A stretch of 64,000 bases of DNA from Mycoplasma sp. CAG:877 (GTDB lineage Bacteria > Bacillota_I > Bacilli_A > RF39 > UBA660). The stretch lies in NCBI GenBank assembly GCA_000433455.1, contig HF992497.1, positions 5,809-69,808 on the forward strand, written 5' to 3'. The notes beneath the pieces are model-generated. The model was not told where the DNA came from and did no database searches. It saw only the letters and a list, made by a program, of their open reading frames with translations. A program made the position numbers and the translations under genes. Positions 1 to 9,039 of the stretch are shown here, piece by piece. Position 1 is the first letter of the stretch. Every line of letters starts with the position of its first letter.

Positions 1-341
1 CGATCCTTTTCATGACTAGCCAAAGTTATTTTTAAATTTCTCATAGGATCTATCTTAGTACCAATAAAAGGCTTTTCCTTAACATAAACTAAAGAAAAAT
101 ACTTAGTAGTAATCTCTAAAAGGTTACTATCTTGACGCACAGAAAAATTAACTGGTCCTATATCTCTTCTTAAAACCAATTGTGTTGGTCTATCAATAAA
201 TTGTCCACTAGGTGAATATTCCAAACGTATAACTCTCTCCGTAATAACAGAAACACGGAAAAACTTACCTTGAATAACATTTTTACTATTACACTTAGTT
301 TTTGTATAATCAACTTCAAATTGTTTCCCAAGTGGATACAT
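1..341 (-). CDS. Partial CDS running off the window start. N-terminus MYPLGKQFEVDYTKTK... preceded by an AAGAGGTG Shine-Dalgarno. Possibly a glycoside-hydrolase (GH31-like) N-terminal domain.
   Basis: ATG at 339-341 (complement) with SD 8 nt upstream. Open frame continues to position 1 without a stop. Not in the ORF track because it is truncated. The family guess is weak. Confidence 0.25.
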   Translation of the reverse strand, partial: MYPLGKQFEVDYTKTKCNSKNVIQGKFFRVSVITERVIRLEYSPSGQFIDRPTQLVLRRDIGPVNFSVRQDSNLLEITTKYFSLVYVKEKPFIGTKIDPMRNLKITLASHEKD

Positions 342-401
342 ACCCAACACCTCTTAATATTCTAGTAACATAATATCATATATTTATAAATATTCCAAGA
401 A

Positions 402-1529
402 CTAGTCATTCAAAAATTGTACATAATATTCCTCATAAGAAATATTATTTTCATAAATATATTTAGCTATTTTTTTACCTACATAACGGTAATGCCAAGG
501 CTCAGCTCTAAATCCAGTATATGACATTTTCTTATTAGTAAATCTCAAAATAAACCCATACTTATAAGCATTATCAAGCATCCATCCATACTCTTCTGAT
601 TGAGCAAATACATTACTTGTAGTACTTCCAATATCAAAAGCAAGACCAGTCTGATGTTCAGAATATCCAGGAAAAGCAACATATCTATTTACATATCCAT
701 CCCCATATAATTCTTTATAATATACACATAATTCTTCTTGATCTTTATATGAACGATAACTAGAATTAATAACTAATCCTAACCCCTCTTTTTTAGCAGC
801 AGCATACATCTGTTCAAAAGCAACAACAGCCTCTCTACTACCCTTTTGAACTTCTCCATTAGTATACTCCTCATCAAACTCGACTAAATCATCAGGAACA
901 AACTCCTCACTTAACACATAATGTTTATTAACTAACATTTCCTTAGAAAATTTACTAACTTTAGTAGGATTAACATAATCAGCATTATCCATACCTAAAT
1001 TAACACAAACAACAGTAGTCTCTTCATCCTCACCAGTTTCTCTAGAGTATTTAACATATCGATCATAGTATTTTAACTTAGCATAACTAATACTATAAAA
1101 CTCTTCTAAGTATTTAATCTTCTCTCTTTTAGCAAAATCACTAACATCATCATCATTGCCATGACTAAGTATCAAAGAAATATTATTATTACTATAACCT
1201 CTCTTAATTAAAGTATTGATATTTTTAATTAGATTCTTTTGATCCTGATACTCAATCTTAGCATAACTATCTAAATTACTCTCCATGTAATACTTACTTT
1301 GAAAAGCAGCATCAAGAGTCTTACTATAATTAATATTTTTTACATAGTCCTTTTTACCATAAAACAATACTTTAGTAGCAGCCCCATAACTATAACCAAG
1401 CTTAGTAATACCCCTAACCTGATACATATAAAAACAAAATACTCCTAAAAAGAAGATTAAAATAACAAATAAAACCTTCAAAACACCGACAACTGGTCTC
1501 TTCAACTTTAACTTTCGCTTTTTTGCCAA
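402..1529 (-). CDS. Membrane-anchored D-Ala-D-Ala carboxypeptidase, peptidase M15/VanY family
   Basis: N-terminal TM helix. C-terminal SxHxxGxAxD-type motif 'SEHQTGLAFDIGS' and 'EPWHYRYVG' are typical of VanY/M15B. Confidence 0.7.
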   Translation of the reverse strand: MAKKRKLKLKRPVVGVLKVLFVILIFFLGVFCFYMYQVRGITKLGYSYGAATKVLFYGKKDYVKNINYSKTLDAAFQSKYYMESNLDSYAKIEYQDQKNLIKNINTLIKRGYSNNNISLILSHGNDDDVSDFAKREKIKYLEEFYSISYAKLKYYDRYVKYSRETGEDEETTVVCVNLGMDNADYVNPTKVSKFSKEMLVNKHYVLSEEFVPDDLVEFDEEYTNGEVQKGSREAVVAFEQMYAAAKKEGLGLVINSSYRSYKDQEELCVYYKELYGDGYVNRYVAFPGYSEHQTGLAFDIGSTTSNVFAQSEEYGWMLDNAYKYGFILRFTNKKMSYTGFRAEPWHYRYVGKKIAKYIYENNISYEEYYVQFLND

Positions 1530-1605
1530 ACAAGATCACCTACCATACATAAAGTATATCACAAAAACACACATTTTTATGATAAAATATGAGATGGTGA
1601 TGTAA

Positions 1606-2553
1606 ATGACAAATCCATTTAAATATAGTAATACTAACAAAAGATATCATACTCTAGATTACTACTATAAAAATAGATTCAATGAGAAAGTGTTTAAGGT
1701 TAGTCTTGATGCCGGTTTTAGTTGTCCAAACATAGATGGAACAGTTGGCTATAATGGTTGTATATATTGTTCAAAACTTGGCTCTGGAGAATTTGCTGGT
1801 AATAAAAATGAACCTATCGAAGTACAGTTCAATAAAGTAAAAGAAATAATGTTAAAGAAATGGCCTAAAGCCAAATACATTGGTTATTTTCAAGCTCATA
1901 CTAATACTTATGCTAAAGTAGAAAAATTAAAAGAATTGTATGAAAAAATCCTAAGTCAAGAAAACGTAATCGGTCTAAATATTGCAACCCGTCCAGATGC
2001 CATATCAAATGAATGCCTAGATTATCTAGAAGAATTAAATAAAAAGACTTATTTAACAATTGAACTAGGTCTTCAAACAACAAATGAAAAAACATCTAAA
2101 TTAATAAATAGATGTCATACTCTTACTTGCTTTGAAGAAATGGTAAATAAACTAAGAAAAAGAAATATTGATGTTGTTGTTCATATTATTAATGGTCTTC
2201 CATATGAAACAAAAGAAGATATGTTAAACACCATAAAATATCTAAATAAATTAGACATTCAAGGTATAAAAATACATATGCTAAGTATTCTAAAAGATAC
2301 CCCATTAGAAAAACTCTACGAAAAAGAACACTTTAAAATGTTAACAAAAGAAGAATATATTGATATTGTAATAGACCAATTAGAATTATTAAGACCAGAA
2401 ATAGTAATTCATCGTATAACAGGAGATCCAAAAATAGATGACTTAGTAGAACCAAATTGGTTAATAAAGAAATTTGGCGTTTTAAATGATATCGATAAAG
2501 AAATGGTAAAAAGAGATACTTATCAAGGAAAAAAACTAAATGAAAATATTTAA
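1606..2553 (+). CDS. Radical SAM protein, TIGR01212 (YhcC-like) family
   Basis: CxxxCxxC-like cluster 'CPNIDGTVGYNGCIYCS' near the N-terminus. Overall length and layout fit the YhcC radical SAM family. Confidence 0.7.
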   Translation: MTNPFKYSNTNKRYHTLDYYYKNRFNEKVFKVSLDAGFSCPNIDGTVGYNGCIYCSKLGSGEFAGNKNEPIEVQFNKVKEIMLKKWPKAKYIGYFQAHTNTYAKVEKLKELYEKILSQENVIGLNIATRPDAISNECLDYLEELNKKTYLTIELGLQTTNEKTSKLINRCHTLTCFEEMVNKLRKRNIDVVVHIINGLPYETKEDMLNTIKYLNKLDIQGIKIHMLSILKDTPLEKLYEKEHFKMLTKEEYIDIVIDQLELLRPEIVIHRITGDPKIDDLVEPNWLIKKFGVLNDIDKEMVKRDTYQGKKLNENI

Positions 2554-2800
2554 TTACTACTTAATATTAATAAATATTATTGGTTTTATTTTAATACTAG
2601 TTGATAAAATAAAAGCTTGTAAAAATAAATGGCGTATCAAAGAAAACACTCTTCTTTTCATATCAATAATTGGTGGCAGTATTGGAGAACTCATATCTAT
2701 GTTAATTTTCCATCATAAAACGAAAAAGAATAAATTCATAATATTTATTCCTCTTCTCATCTTAATTCAAATAATTATATATTTATATCTAAAAAAATAG
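2540..2800 (+). CDS. DUF1294-like small membrane protein
   Basis: 86 aa with two TM segments. 'IDK..A....WRI.E..L......GGS.G......FHHKT.K..F' resembles the DUF1294 consensus. Overlaps the upstream gene by 14 nt, suggesting translational coupling. Confidence 0.5.
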   Translation: MKIFNYYLILINIIGFILILVDKIKACKNKWRIKENTLLFISIIGGSIGELISMLIFHHKTKKNKFIIFIPLLILIQIIIYLYLKK

Positions 2801-2812
2801 AAGCATACACTT

Positions 2813-3715
2813 CTATTTTTCATTTTTCTTATCTTTTGGTTTATCAATCATTTCATTAATAGTAGTACCAATTGTTGCTAGATTTTGTAATTCACTAGGA
2901 ACAATAATCTTAGTTGCATTACCATTAGCAACTTTTACCATTGCTTCATAGCTCTTATATTTTAAAACTGCATCATCCATACCAGCACTCTTTAATAATT
3001 TTAACCCTTCAGCAGTTGCTTCTTGAATTTTAAGAATTGCAGTAGCTTCACCTTCTGCTTCTCTAATATGAGTCTCACGTTTAGCATCTGCTCTTAAAAT
3101 AGCACTCTCTTTTTCACCTTCAGCAATCAATATAGCCGCTTTCTTTTCACCTTCAGCTTTTAAGATAGCTTCACGTCTTTCACGTTCTGCTCTCATTTGT
3201 TTTTCCATAGCTTCTTGAATATCCTTAGGTGGTAATATGTTCTTTACCTCTACACGATTAACTTTAATTCCCCAAGGATCAGTAGCTTCATCTAAAATAG
3301 CTCTCATCTTCGCATTAATAACATCACGTGAAGTTAAAGTCTCATCTAACTCTAACTCACCAATAATATTACGTAAAGTTGTAGCAGTTAAGTTTTCAAT
3401 CGCATTAACAGGATTTTCAACTCCATAAGTATAAAGTTTAGAATCAGTAATTTGTAAATAAACAACAGTATCAATTTGCATAGTAACATTATCTTTTGTA
3501 ATAACAGGCTGTGGAGCAAAATCACTAACTCTCTCTTTTAAACTAACAACATTCGCAACTCTTTCAAATATAGGTATTACATAATGTAGACCAGTTTGTA
3601 TAGTTCTATTATATGCACCTAATCTTTCAACAACTATAGCTTTAGACTGTGGAATAATCTTAATTCCAGAAGCCAAAATTCCAAGAACAACAAGTATTAA
3701 TATCAAAACTTCCAT
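2813..3715 (-). CDS. SPFH/band-7 (stomatin/flotillin-like) protein
   Basis: N-terminal TM segment, then a band-7 core, then a C-terminal Ala/Glu-rich repeat region ('REAILKAEGEKKAAILIAEGEKESAILRA'). Confidence 0.8.
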   Translation of the reverse strand: MEVLILILVVLGILASGIKIIPQSKAIVVERLGAYNRTIQTGLHYVIPIFERVANVVSLKERVSDFAPQPVITKDNVTMQIDTVVYLQITDSKLYTYGVENPVNAIENLTATTLRNIIGELELDETLTSRDVINAKMRAILDEATDPWGIKVNRVEVKNILPPKDIQEAMEKQMRAERERREAILKAEGEKKAAILIAEGEKESAILRADAKRETHIREAEGEATAILKIQEATAEGLKLLKSAGMDDAVLKYKSYEAMVKVANGNATKIIVPSELQNLATIGTTINEMIDKPKDKKNEK

Positions 3716-4144
3716 TTATTTTTCCTCCTTCTCAACAACAAGTTTTACACCATCTATTTTCTTTACAACAGCTTTATCAGAAACATTTAGAACCGTATCA
3801 CTAGTAGCAGTCCAAATAGAACCTAATACTTTGACTTCTCCATATTCATCAGGTGTTATTTTTTTAATTACCTCAGCTTTTTTACCAATAACACGATCAA
3901 CATTAGTTGGCTCAACATCATTCTTTTTAAATTTATTAACTAATGGTTTAGTTATTAATAAAGAAATAATACTAACAACAATAAATACCAATAGCTGTAT
4001 CAAGAAATTATCAACAAATATCGCTAACAACATCGAGAAAAATGCTCCTATCGCAAACCAAATGGAAACTAAATTAACTGTTGATATTTCAACAAATATC
4101 AAAAATAAGCATGCCGCAAACCAATAAATAGCCATAAAACTCAC
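3716..4144 (-). CDS. NfeD-family membrane protein, the usual partner of the stomatin-like gene
   Basis: Three N-terminal TM helices followed by a soluble OB-fold-like tail. Its stop is adjacent to the SPFH gene start, as in the canonical NfeD-SPFH operon. Confidence 0.65.
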   Translation of the reverse strand: MSFMAIYWFAACLFLIFVEISTVNLVSIWFAIGAFFSMLLAIFVDNFLIQLLVFIVVSIISLLITKPLVNKFKKNDVEPTNVDRVIGKKAEVIKKITPDEYGEVKVLGSIWTATSDTVLNVSDKAVVKKIDGVKLVVEKEEK

Positions 4145-4253
4145 CTCTTTACTTATTATTATATGAAATCAAAATACAAATTTCAACAAATTTCTCTTGT
4201 TTATTAAATTCATATATAATATAATTAAGTATAAAGATAGGGAGTAGCGTAGT

Positions 4254-4967
4254 ATGGGAAAATTAACAAAAAAAGAAACACGTATAATTTCTCTTGCCTT
4301 AGCTTCATGGGGCGTAATAATGTTAGGCTCAGGATTTACAATGAAAAGTATGATAAAACCAACTGAAGTTAAGAAAAACGACTTAGAAGTTGTTCATAAA
4401 AGAGTTGCTGAAATAAAAACAAATGAAATAAAATTAAAAGATATGGAATTAGAAATAAATCAATCACTAAGTGTAGATGTAAAAGACTACTTAGAGAATT
4501 TAGCTGATATAGACCAAGAAGTACTAAAATCATTAAAATTGGATACATCAATGGTAAAAGTTAATGAGGCAGGTTCTTATACATATACAATTTCATATAA
4601 AAAGAAAAAGTATAATGGAACATTCATAATCAAAGAAAAAGAATTACCTAATGTTGACTTAACTATAAATAACCTAAGATTAACAATTGGTTCTCCATTA
4701 TCAACTGATAAACAAGTATATATAAAAGAAACATTAACTGATGAAATAAAAAATAACATTTTAATAGATCTAACAGCAGTTGATACTCAAAAAGTAGGAA
4801 ACTACAAATATACTGTTACATACAATGGCATTTTATATACTGGAACAATAGAAGTATATGAACCTCAACAAAAAGTATTAACACCATCAAATGGTACAGA
4901 AGACAAAGAAAAGCCAGATAATAAAGAAGAAAACAAGGAAGATACAAAAACTGAAACAGCAAACTAA
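4254..4967 (+). CDS. Membrane-anchored protein with two Ig-like (DUF5011-like) repeats and a Lys/Glu-rich tail
   Basis: N-terminal TM segment. Internal repeats 'GSYTYTISYKKKKYNGTFIIKE' and 'GNYKYTVTYNGILYTGTIEVYE'. Confidence 0.45.
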   Translation: MGKLTKKETRIISLALASWGVIMLGSGFTMKSMIKPTEVKKNDLEVVHKRVAEIKTNEIKLKDMELEINQSLSVDVKDYLENLADIDQEVLKSLKLDTSMVKVNEAGSYTYTISYKKKKYNGTFIIKEKELPNVDLTINNLRLTIGSPLSTDKQVYIKETLTDEIKNNILIDLTAVDTQKVGNYKYTVTYNGILYTGTIEVYEPQQKVLTPSNGTEDKEKPDNKEENKEDTKTETAN

Positions 4968-4972
4968 TCAAA

Positions 4973-4997
4973 ACACACAAATTTGTGTGTTTTTTTT
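4973..4997 (+). terminator. Rho-independent terminator after the 4254..4967 gene
   Basis: Stem ACACAC / GTGTGT flanking an AAATTT loop, followed by a run of 7 T. Confidence 0.7.
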
Positions 4998-5101
4998 AAA
5001 CTTGTTAAACAATATAGTAAAAATAATCAAATTATTAAAATTGCTAAGCCAAAATACTTAATTTCAAAAATAAATCTAAACCAATTATTATTTTTCACCA
5101 T

Positions 5102-5130
5102 TTGCAAATAAAAATAAGTCATGTTATTCT
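5102..5130 (+). promoter_or_regulatory. Candidate sigma-A promoter for the surface-protein/sortase pair
   Basis: TTGCAA, then 17 nt, then TATTCT, about 25 nt upstream of the AGAGGAGG SD at 5141-5148 and the ATG at 5155. Confidence 0.3.
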
Positions 5131-5154
5131 CCTAGTGCAAAGAGGAGGAATAAT

Positions 5155-6576
5155 ATGAAAAAATTAATATTTGCACTAATTGGAGCTTTAACAATACTAA
5201 CTCCATTCGCAGTAAAAGCTACAACGTCAAGATTCTATGAAGCTGAATATATGAAATACACCTGGAATAGAGTTACAGAGGATAACATTAAATTTTATCA
5301 ACAAGCAAGAGTATATAGAGAACAAGGAACCAATAATCATGTATATTGTATAGAACCATTCACAGGATTAAATGACTCAAAGGACTATTACAGTACTATA
5401 ACACCAGAAAATCTAACAAAAGAACAAGTAGAAAGAGTTTCACAAATAGCACACTTCGGTTATAACTATAAAGATCACTATGACATGAAATGGTACGCTA
5501 TATCCCAAATAATGATCTGGAGAACAGTTAAACCAAATGCTGACTTCTACTTCACAAACAAATTAAATGGTAACAGAATCACTCTCTTAGAAGATGAAAA
5601 AAATCAAATAGAAAGTCTGATAAAAGAATATAACACACTACCTAGTTTCAGTAATAATATATATAACATTGTAAAAGATGAAACACTAACTATCGAAGAT
5701 AATAATAATGTTATAAACACCTATAAAACTACAAGTGACAAAGTAATTATAGAAGGAAATAAAATACAATTTAAAAACTTAAATCTTGGTGAAAATATTA
5801 TAACATTCGAAAAAACAGATACCTATTACAATAAACCACTAATATTTTATCAAGCAGCTGGTACTCAAAATCTACTAATGACTGGTGACATGGAACCAAA
5901 AACATTTGAACTAAAAATAATAGTTAAAGAAACAGAAATAAAAATAAATAAATTAGATAAAGATACAAATAGTAACGAAAACCTAGGTAAAGCCAAATTA
6001 GAAGGTGCAATTTATCAATTATATGATTCAAATATGACTGAAATAACAAAATTAATAATTGATGAAACACACCAATCTACAATAAAAAATCTAAAATATG
6101 GAAAATACTTCCTAAAAGAAATAAAAGCCGGAGAAGGCTATGAACTAGATAATACAATATACTCATTTGAATTAACAAAAGAAAATCCAAATATAGAATT
6201 AAATTTATATAATCAAATAATAAAAGCAAACATCATTATTTATAAAAAATATCTATTAGATGACACACAAAAACCAGAAGAAAATATCAGCTTCAATATA
6301 TATGATGAAAACGATCATTTAATAAAAACAATTACTACAAACGAATTAGGTATAGCAGAAGTTACTCTTAACTATGGAAAATATAAAGTAGAACAAATAA
6401 CAACAACAACAGGTTATGACACAATAGAAACATTTGAAATAGTAATTGAAAATAACGAAGAACAGACATTCAATCTACTAAATCACAAAATAAAAGTACC
6501 ATATACAAGTTCATATAAACAATCTCTAATAATGAAAATACTAAGTATTTTATTACTATATATAATTAATGTCTAA
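5155..6576 (+). CDS. Secreted surface protein with a putative Cys-Gln thioester (TED-like) domain and CnaB/prealbumin-like domains. C-terminal hydrophobic anchor with a non-canonical sorting signal.
   Basis: Signal peptide MKKLIFALIGALTILTPFAVKA. 'VYCIEPFTG' (conserved Cys) and 'AISQIMIWR' (compare thioester-domain TQxA[IV]W). 'GAIYQLYD' and 'ISFNIYDEND' resemble CnaB-type isopeptide domains. C-terminus ...KVPYTSSYKQSLIMKILSILLLYIINV has no LPXTG and no basic tail. Confidence 0.45.
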   Translation: MKKLIFALIGALTILTPFAVKATTSRFYEAEYMKYTWNRVTEDNIKFYQQARVYREQGTNNHVYCIEPFTGLNDSKDYYSTITPENLTKEQVERVSQIAHFGYNYKDHYDMKWYAISQIMIWRTVKPNADFYFTNKLNGNRITLLEDEKNQIESLIKEYNTLPSFSNNIYNIVKDETLTIEDNNNVINTYKTTSDKVIIEGNKIQFKNLNLGENIITFEKTDTYYNKPLIFYQAAGTQNLLMTGDMEPKTFELKIIVKETEIKINKLDKDTNSNENLGKAKLEGAIYQLYDSNMTEITKLIIDETHQSTIKNLKYGKYFLKEIKAGEGYELDNTIYSFELTKENPNIELNLYNQIIKANIIIYKKYLLDDTQKPEENISFNIYDENDHLIKTITTNELGIAEVTLNYGKYKVEQITTTTGYDTIETFEIVIENNEEQTFNLLNHKIKVPYTSSYKQSLIMKILSILLLYIINV

Positions 6577-7096
6577 AAACAAAAAACACCTATTAATACT
6601 CCTATTAGTAACATTAACCATACTACTACCATACAACTTAAACAAAGAAAGCAAAGTAATAAATACAATAACAACAGTATTAAAACAAAAAGATAATAAG
6701 CCAAATAAAGTAAAAGAAATTGGTATATTAGAAATACCAAAAATAAATCTAAAAAGATATTTATATGACATAAATAGCGACTTAAACAAAGTCGACAAAA
6801 ATGTAACAATAATAAAAGAAACTATTTCAAATAATGAAAATGGCACAATCGTTCTAGCAGCTCACTCAGGAAATAACTATAATTCTTATTTTGATAACCT
6901 AGATAAACTAAAGAAAGATGACATCATTTACTTAAAGTACAAAAACATAAACTACCAATATATAGTAACCAATATATATGAAGAAAAACAAAATGGATAT
7001 ATAAGTATAAAAAATAAAAATATAAATCAATTATTTCTGACCACTTGCAGTAAAAAAAAGAATTATCAATTAACTATCGAATGTCAAAAAAAATAG
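6569..7096 (+). CDS. Small sortase-family transpeptidase, atypical: no conserved Arg downstream of the active-site Cys
   Basis: N-terminal TM anchor. 'IVLAAHSG' (catalytic His) and 'LFLTTCSKKK' (TLxTC Cys motif). Overlaps the upstream surface-protein gene by 8 nt. There is no Arg anywhere C-terminal of the His. Confidence 0.65.
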   Translation: MSKNKKHLLILLLVTLTILLPYNLNKESKVINTITTVLKQKDNKPNKVKEIGILEIPKINLKRYLYDINSDLNKVDKNVTIIKETISNNENGTIVLAAHSGNNYNSYFDNLDKLKKDDIIYLKYKNINYQYIVTNIYEEKQNGYISIKNKNINQLFLTTCSKKKNYQLTIECQKK

Positions 7097-7107
7097 TTCA
7101 TAATGAA

Positions 7108-8376
7108 CTATTTTTTAGTTAATACTTCTAATGCTTTTTGTAATTGTAAATCATTCTCATCACAAACATTATTATAATACTCCTCTGGTAATTCAACTTC
7201 TATATCTGGCTCAACACCAACTCCATTGATCCACTTACCTTTTGAAGTTAACCACTTCTCAGCTGTATATTTTAAACTTGAGCCATTAGATAATTCATAT
7301 GTTTTTTGAACCGTACCCTTACCATAAGAAGTTGTACCTATAATTGTAGCATTCTTATAGTTCTCTTTAAAACAAGAAGCTAATATTTCAGAAGCAGAGG
7401 CAGACTCACAATCTATTAAAACTACAACATCATACTTTCTCTTATCCTTAGTAGTAGCATATACCTTCTCTACTTTACCCTTATTTTCAATTTGATATAA
7501 AACTGTTTTCTTATCAAAGAATAAAGATAATATATCTTGAACTTGGCTTAAATGACCACCCGGATTACCTCTAACATCAATAATTAATGAATCAATTTTT
7601 TCTTTTTCTAAAGACTTTAAATTCTTATTAAATTGTGTATATGTATTAGCAGCAAAAGTACTAATATGAAGATACCCTACATTCTTATTATTACCCTCAA
7701 TAATTTTACTAGAAACAGAAGATAACACAACTTCAGCAAGTACAAGATTTACCTTTACTTCATTACCACCTCTAAGTAAAACAAATGAATGTTTATCTCC
7801 AACTTCACCCCTCATAAATTCTGATACTTTAGATAACGATAAGTTTCTAACATCATTACCATCAATACTCAAAAATATATCTCCAACTTCTATACCAGCT
7901 TTCTTAGCAGGAGAACCATCTATTATTTCCACAACCTGATTCTCATTATTTTCATCATGTAAAATAGTAACACCAATACCTATATAAGTACCATTAAGTC
8001 TTTGATTGAAACTACTAGTATCATTCTCATTTAAATAATAAGAATATGGATCCTCTAAAGAATTAACCATACCATCAATTGCTGATCCAACCAAATCACC
8101 TTCAGATAAATCCTCATAATAATTATCTCTAATTTTTTCATATGCAGCTAATAACTCAGCTTCCTCTTTTGTAACTTTAACCATATCAAAAGACTTACTA
8201 TAAGTTAAAATACATCCCATAACTACACCAAAAATACAAGAAATAATAAGTAATAGTATAACTTCTGGAATAGTAAAAGCATTATAATTCTCACGTCTAA
8301 AATTCTTCTTAATACCAGAAAAAAACGTCTTAATACTATTACCAAGTTTTTTATCCGTATTTTTTCGTTTTCTCAT
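7108..8376 (-). CDS. ctpA: S41 family carboxyl-terminal processing protease (CtpA/CtpB-like) with a PDZ domain
   Basis: N-terminal TM segment. PDZ segment 'GIEVGDIFLSIDGNDV'. S41 catalytic region 'VVLIDCESASASEILA' with the Ser/Lys dyad context. Confidence 0.8.
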   Translation of the reverse strand: MRKRKNTDKKLGNSIKTFFSGIKKNFRRENYNAFTIPEVILLLIISCIFGVVMGCILTYSKSFDMVKVTKEEAELLAAYEKIRDNYYEDLSEGDLVGSAIDGMVNSLEDPYSYYLNENDTSSFNQRLNGTYIGIGVTILHDENNENQVVEIIDGSPAKKAGIEVGDIFLSIDGNDVRNLSLSKVSEFMRGEVGDKHSFVLLRGGNEVKVNLVLAEVVLSSVSSKIIEGNNKNVGYLHISTFAANTYTQFNKNLKSLEKEKIDSLIIDVRGNPGGHLSQVQDILSLFFDKKTVLYQIENKGKVEKVYATTKDKRKYDVVVLIDCESASASEILASCFKENYKNATIIGTTSYGKGTVQKTYELSNGSSLKYTAEKWLTSKGKWINGVGVEPDIEVELPEEYYNNVCDENDLQLQKALEVLTKK

Positions 8377-8465
8377 AATATCACCTATTGATATAATAAC
8401 ATATAAAATCTAAAAATAGTACCAAAGTACACAAAAATAAAAAGACTAAACAGTCTTTTTACATA

Positions 8466-8987
8466 TTAACTTAAATAATCAATAATTCTATCTTTTCCCT
8501 CTACGTACTCAACAATTTTACCATCAGCAAAGTTAATCAACGTTGGTCCATTAATCTTAAGTTCCTCTGCACTACTAGCAGAAGAATTACTCTCATCACT
8601 AACAAAAGTCTTATTTAGTGCGTTATTCATATCTACATAATAAATATGACTATCTTTATTATTAGTTCTATAAGTAGAAATAGCACTAGATATATCACTA
8701 GCATTATCATCATCTGTAGTATCATAGTAAACTACTAAATATGAAGAATCCTTCATAGAAAAACTAGTACCAACTAATATTTCCTTATATTGAATTTCTA
8801 CCGCTGTATCTTTATTAGTATCATTCTTAGTAGAATTATCATCTTTATTTAATATCGCAACAGTAATAAAATAAAATGCTGCTAAAAATGCTAAAACACT
8901 TAAAGTAATTATTACAATCTTTTTATATTCACCATCAAAACTACTACTACTTTCAATTTTTACTTTTTTATTATTTTTCTTTGCCAT
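8466..8987 (-). CDS. Membrane-anchored protein with a thioredoxin-fold-like C-terminus lacking CxxC
   Basis: Start corrected to MAKKNNKK. One TM segment. C-terminus 'INGPTLINFADGKIVEYVEGKDRIIDYL' resembles the thioredoxin C-terminal beta-alpha region, but there is no Cys in the protein. Confidence 0.35.
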   Translation of the reverse strand: MAKKNNKKVKIESSSSFDGEYKKIVIITLSVLAFLAAFYFITVAILNKDDNSTKNDTNKDTAVEIQYKEILVGTSFSMKDSSYLVVYYDTTDDDNASDISSAISTYRTNNKDSHIYYVDMNNALNKTFVSDESNSSASSAEELKINGPTLINFADGKIVEYVEGKDRIIDYLS

Positions 8988-9039
8988 ATAATTCACCACC
9001 AAAATCATTATATCACAAGAAAAAAAAGAGGTAAACTCT

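Noticed and set aside
1913-2095. Short antisense or alternative-frame ORFs of 60-120 aa inside confident genes throughout the window. Examples are 1913..2095, 3237..3428, 3831..4127, 4369..4759, 13310..13570, 23737..23955, 25056..25457, 26754..27008, 27587..28107, 31978..32202, 34502..34690, 35277..35571, 36152..36379, 36708..36908, 39536..39769, 42258..42512, 43516..43713, 46698..47408, 50116..50301, 55785..56117, 56244..56582, 61125..61307 and 62970..63338.
   Set aside because: They lie entirely within or antisense to well-supported conserved genes. They have low-complexity Leu/Phe/Ile-rich translations typical of AT-rich noise and no SD or motif.
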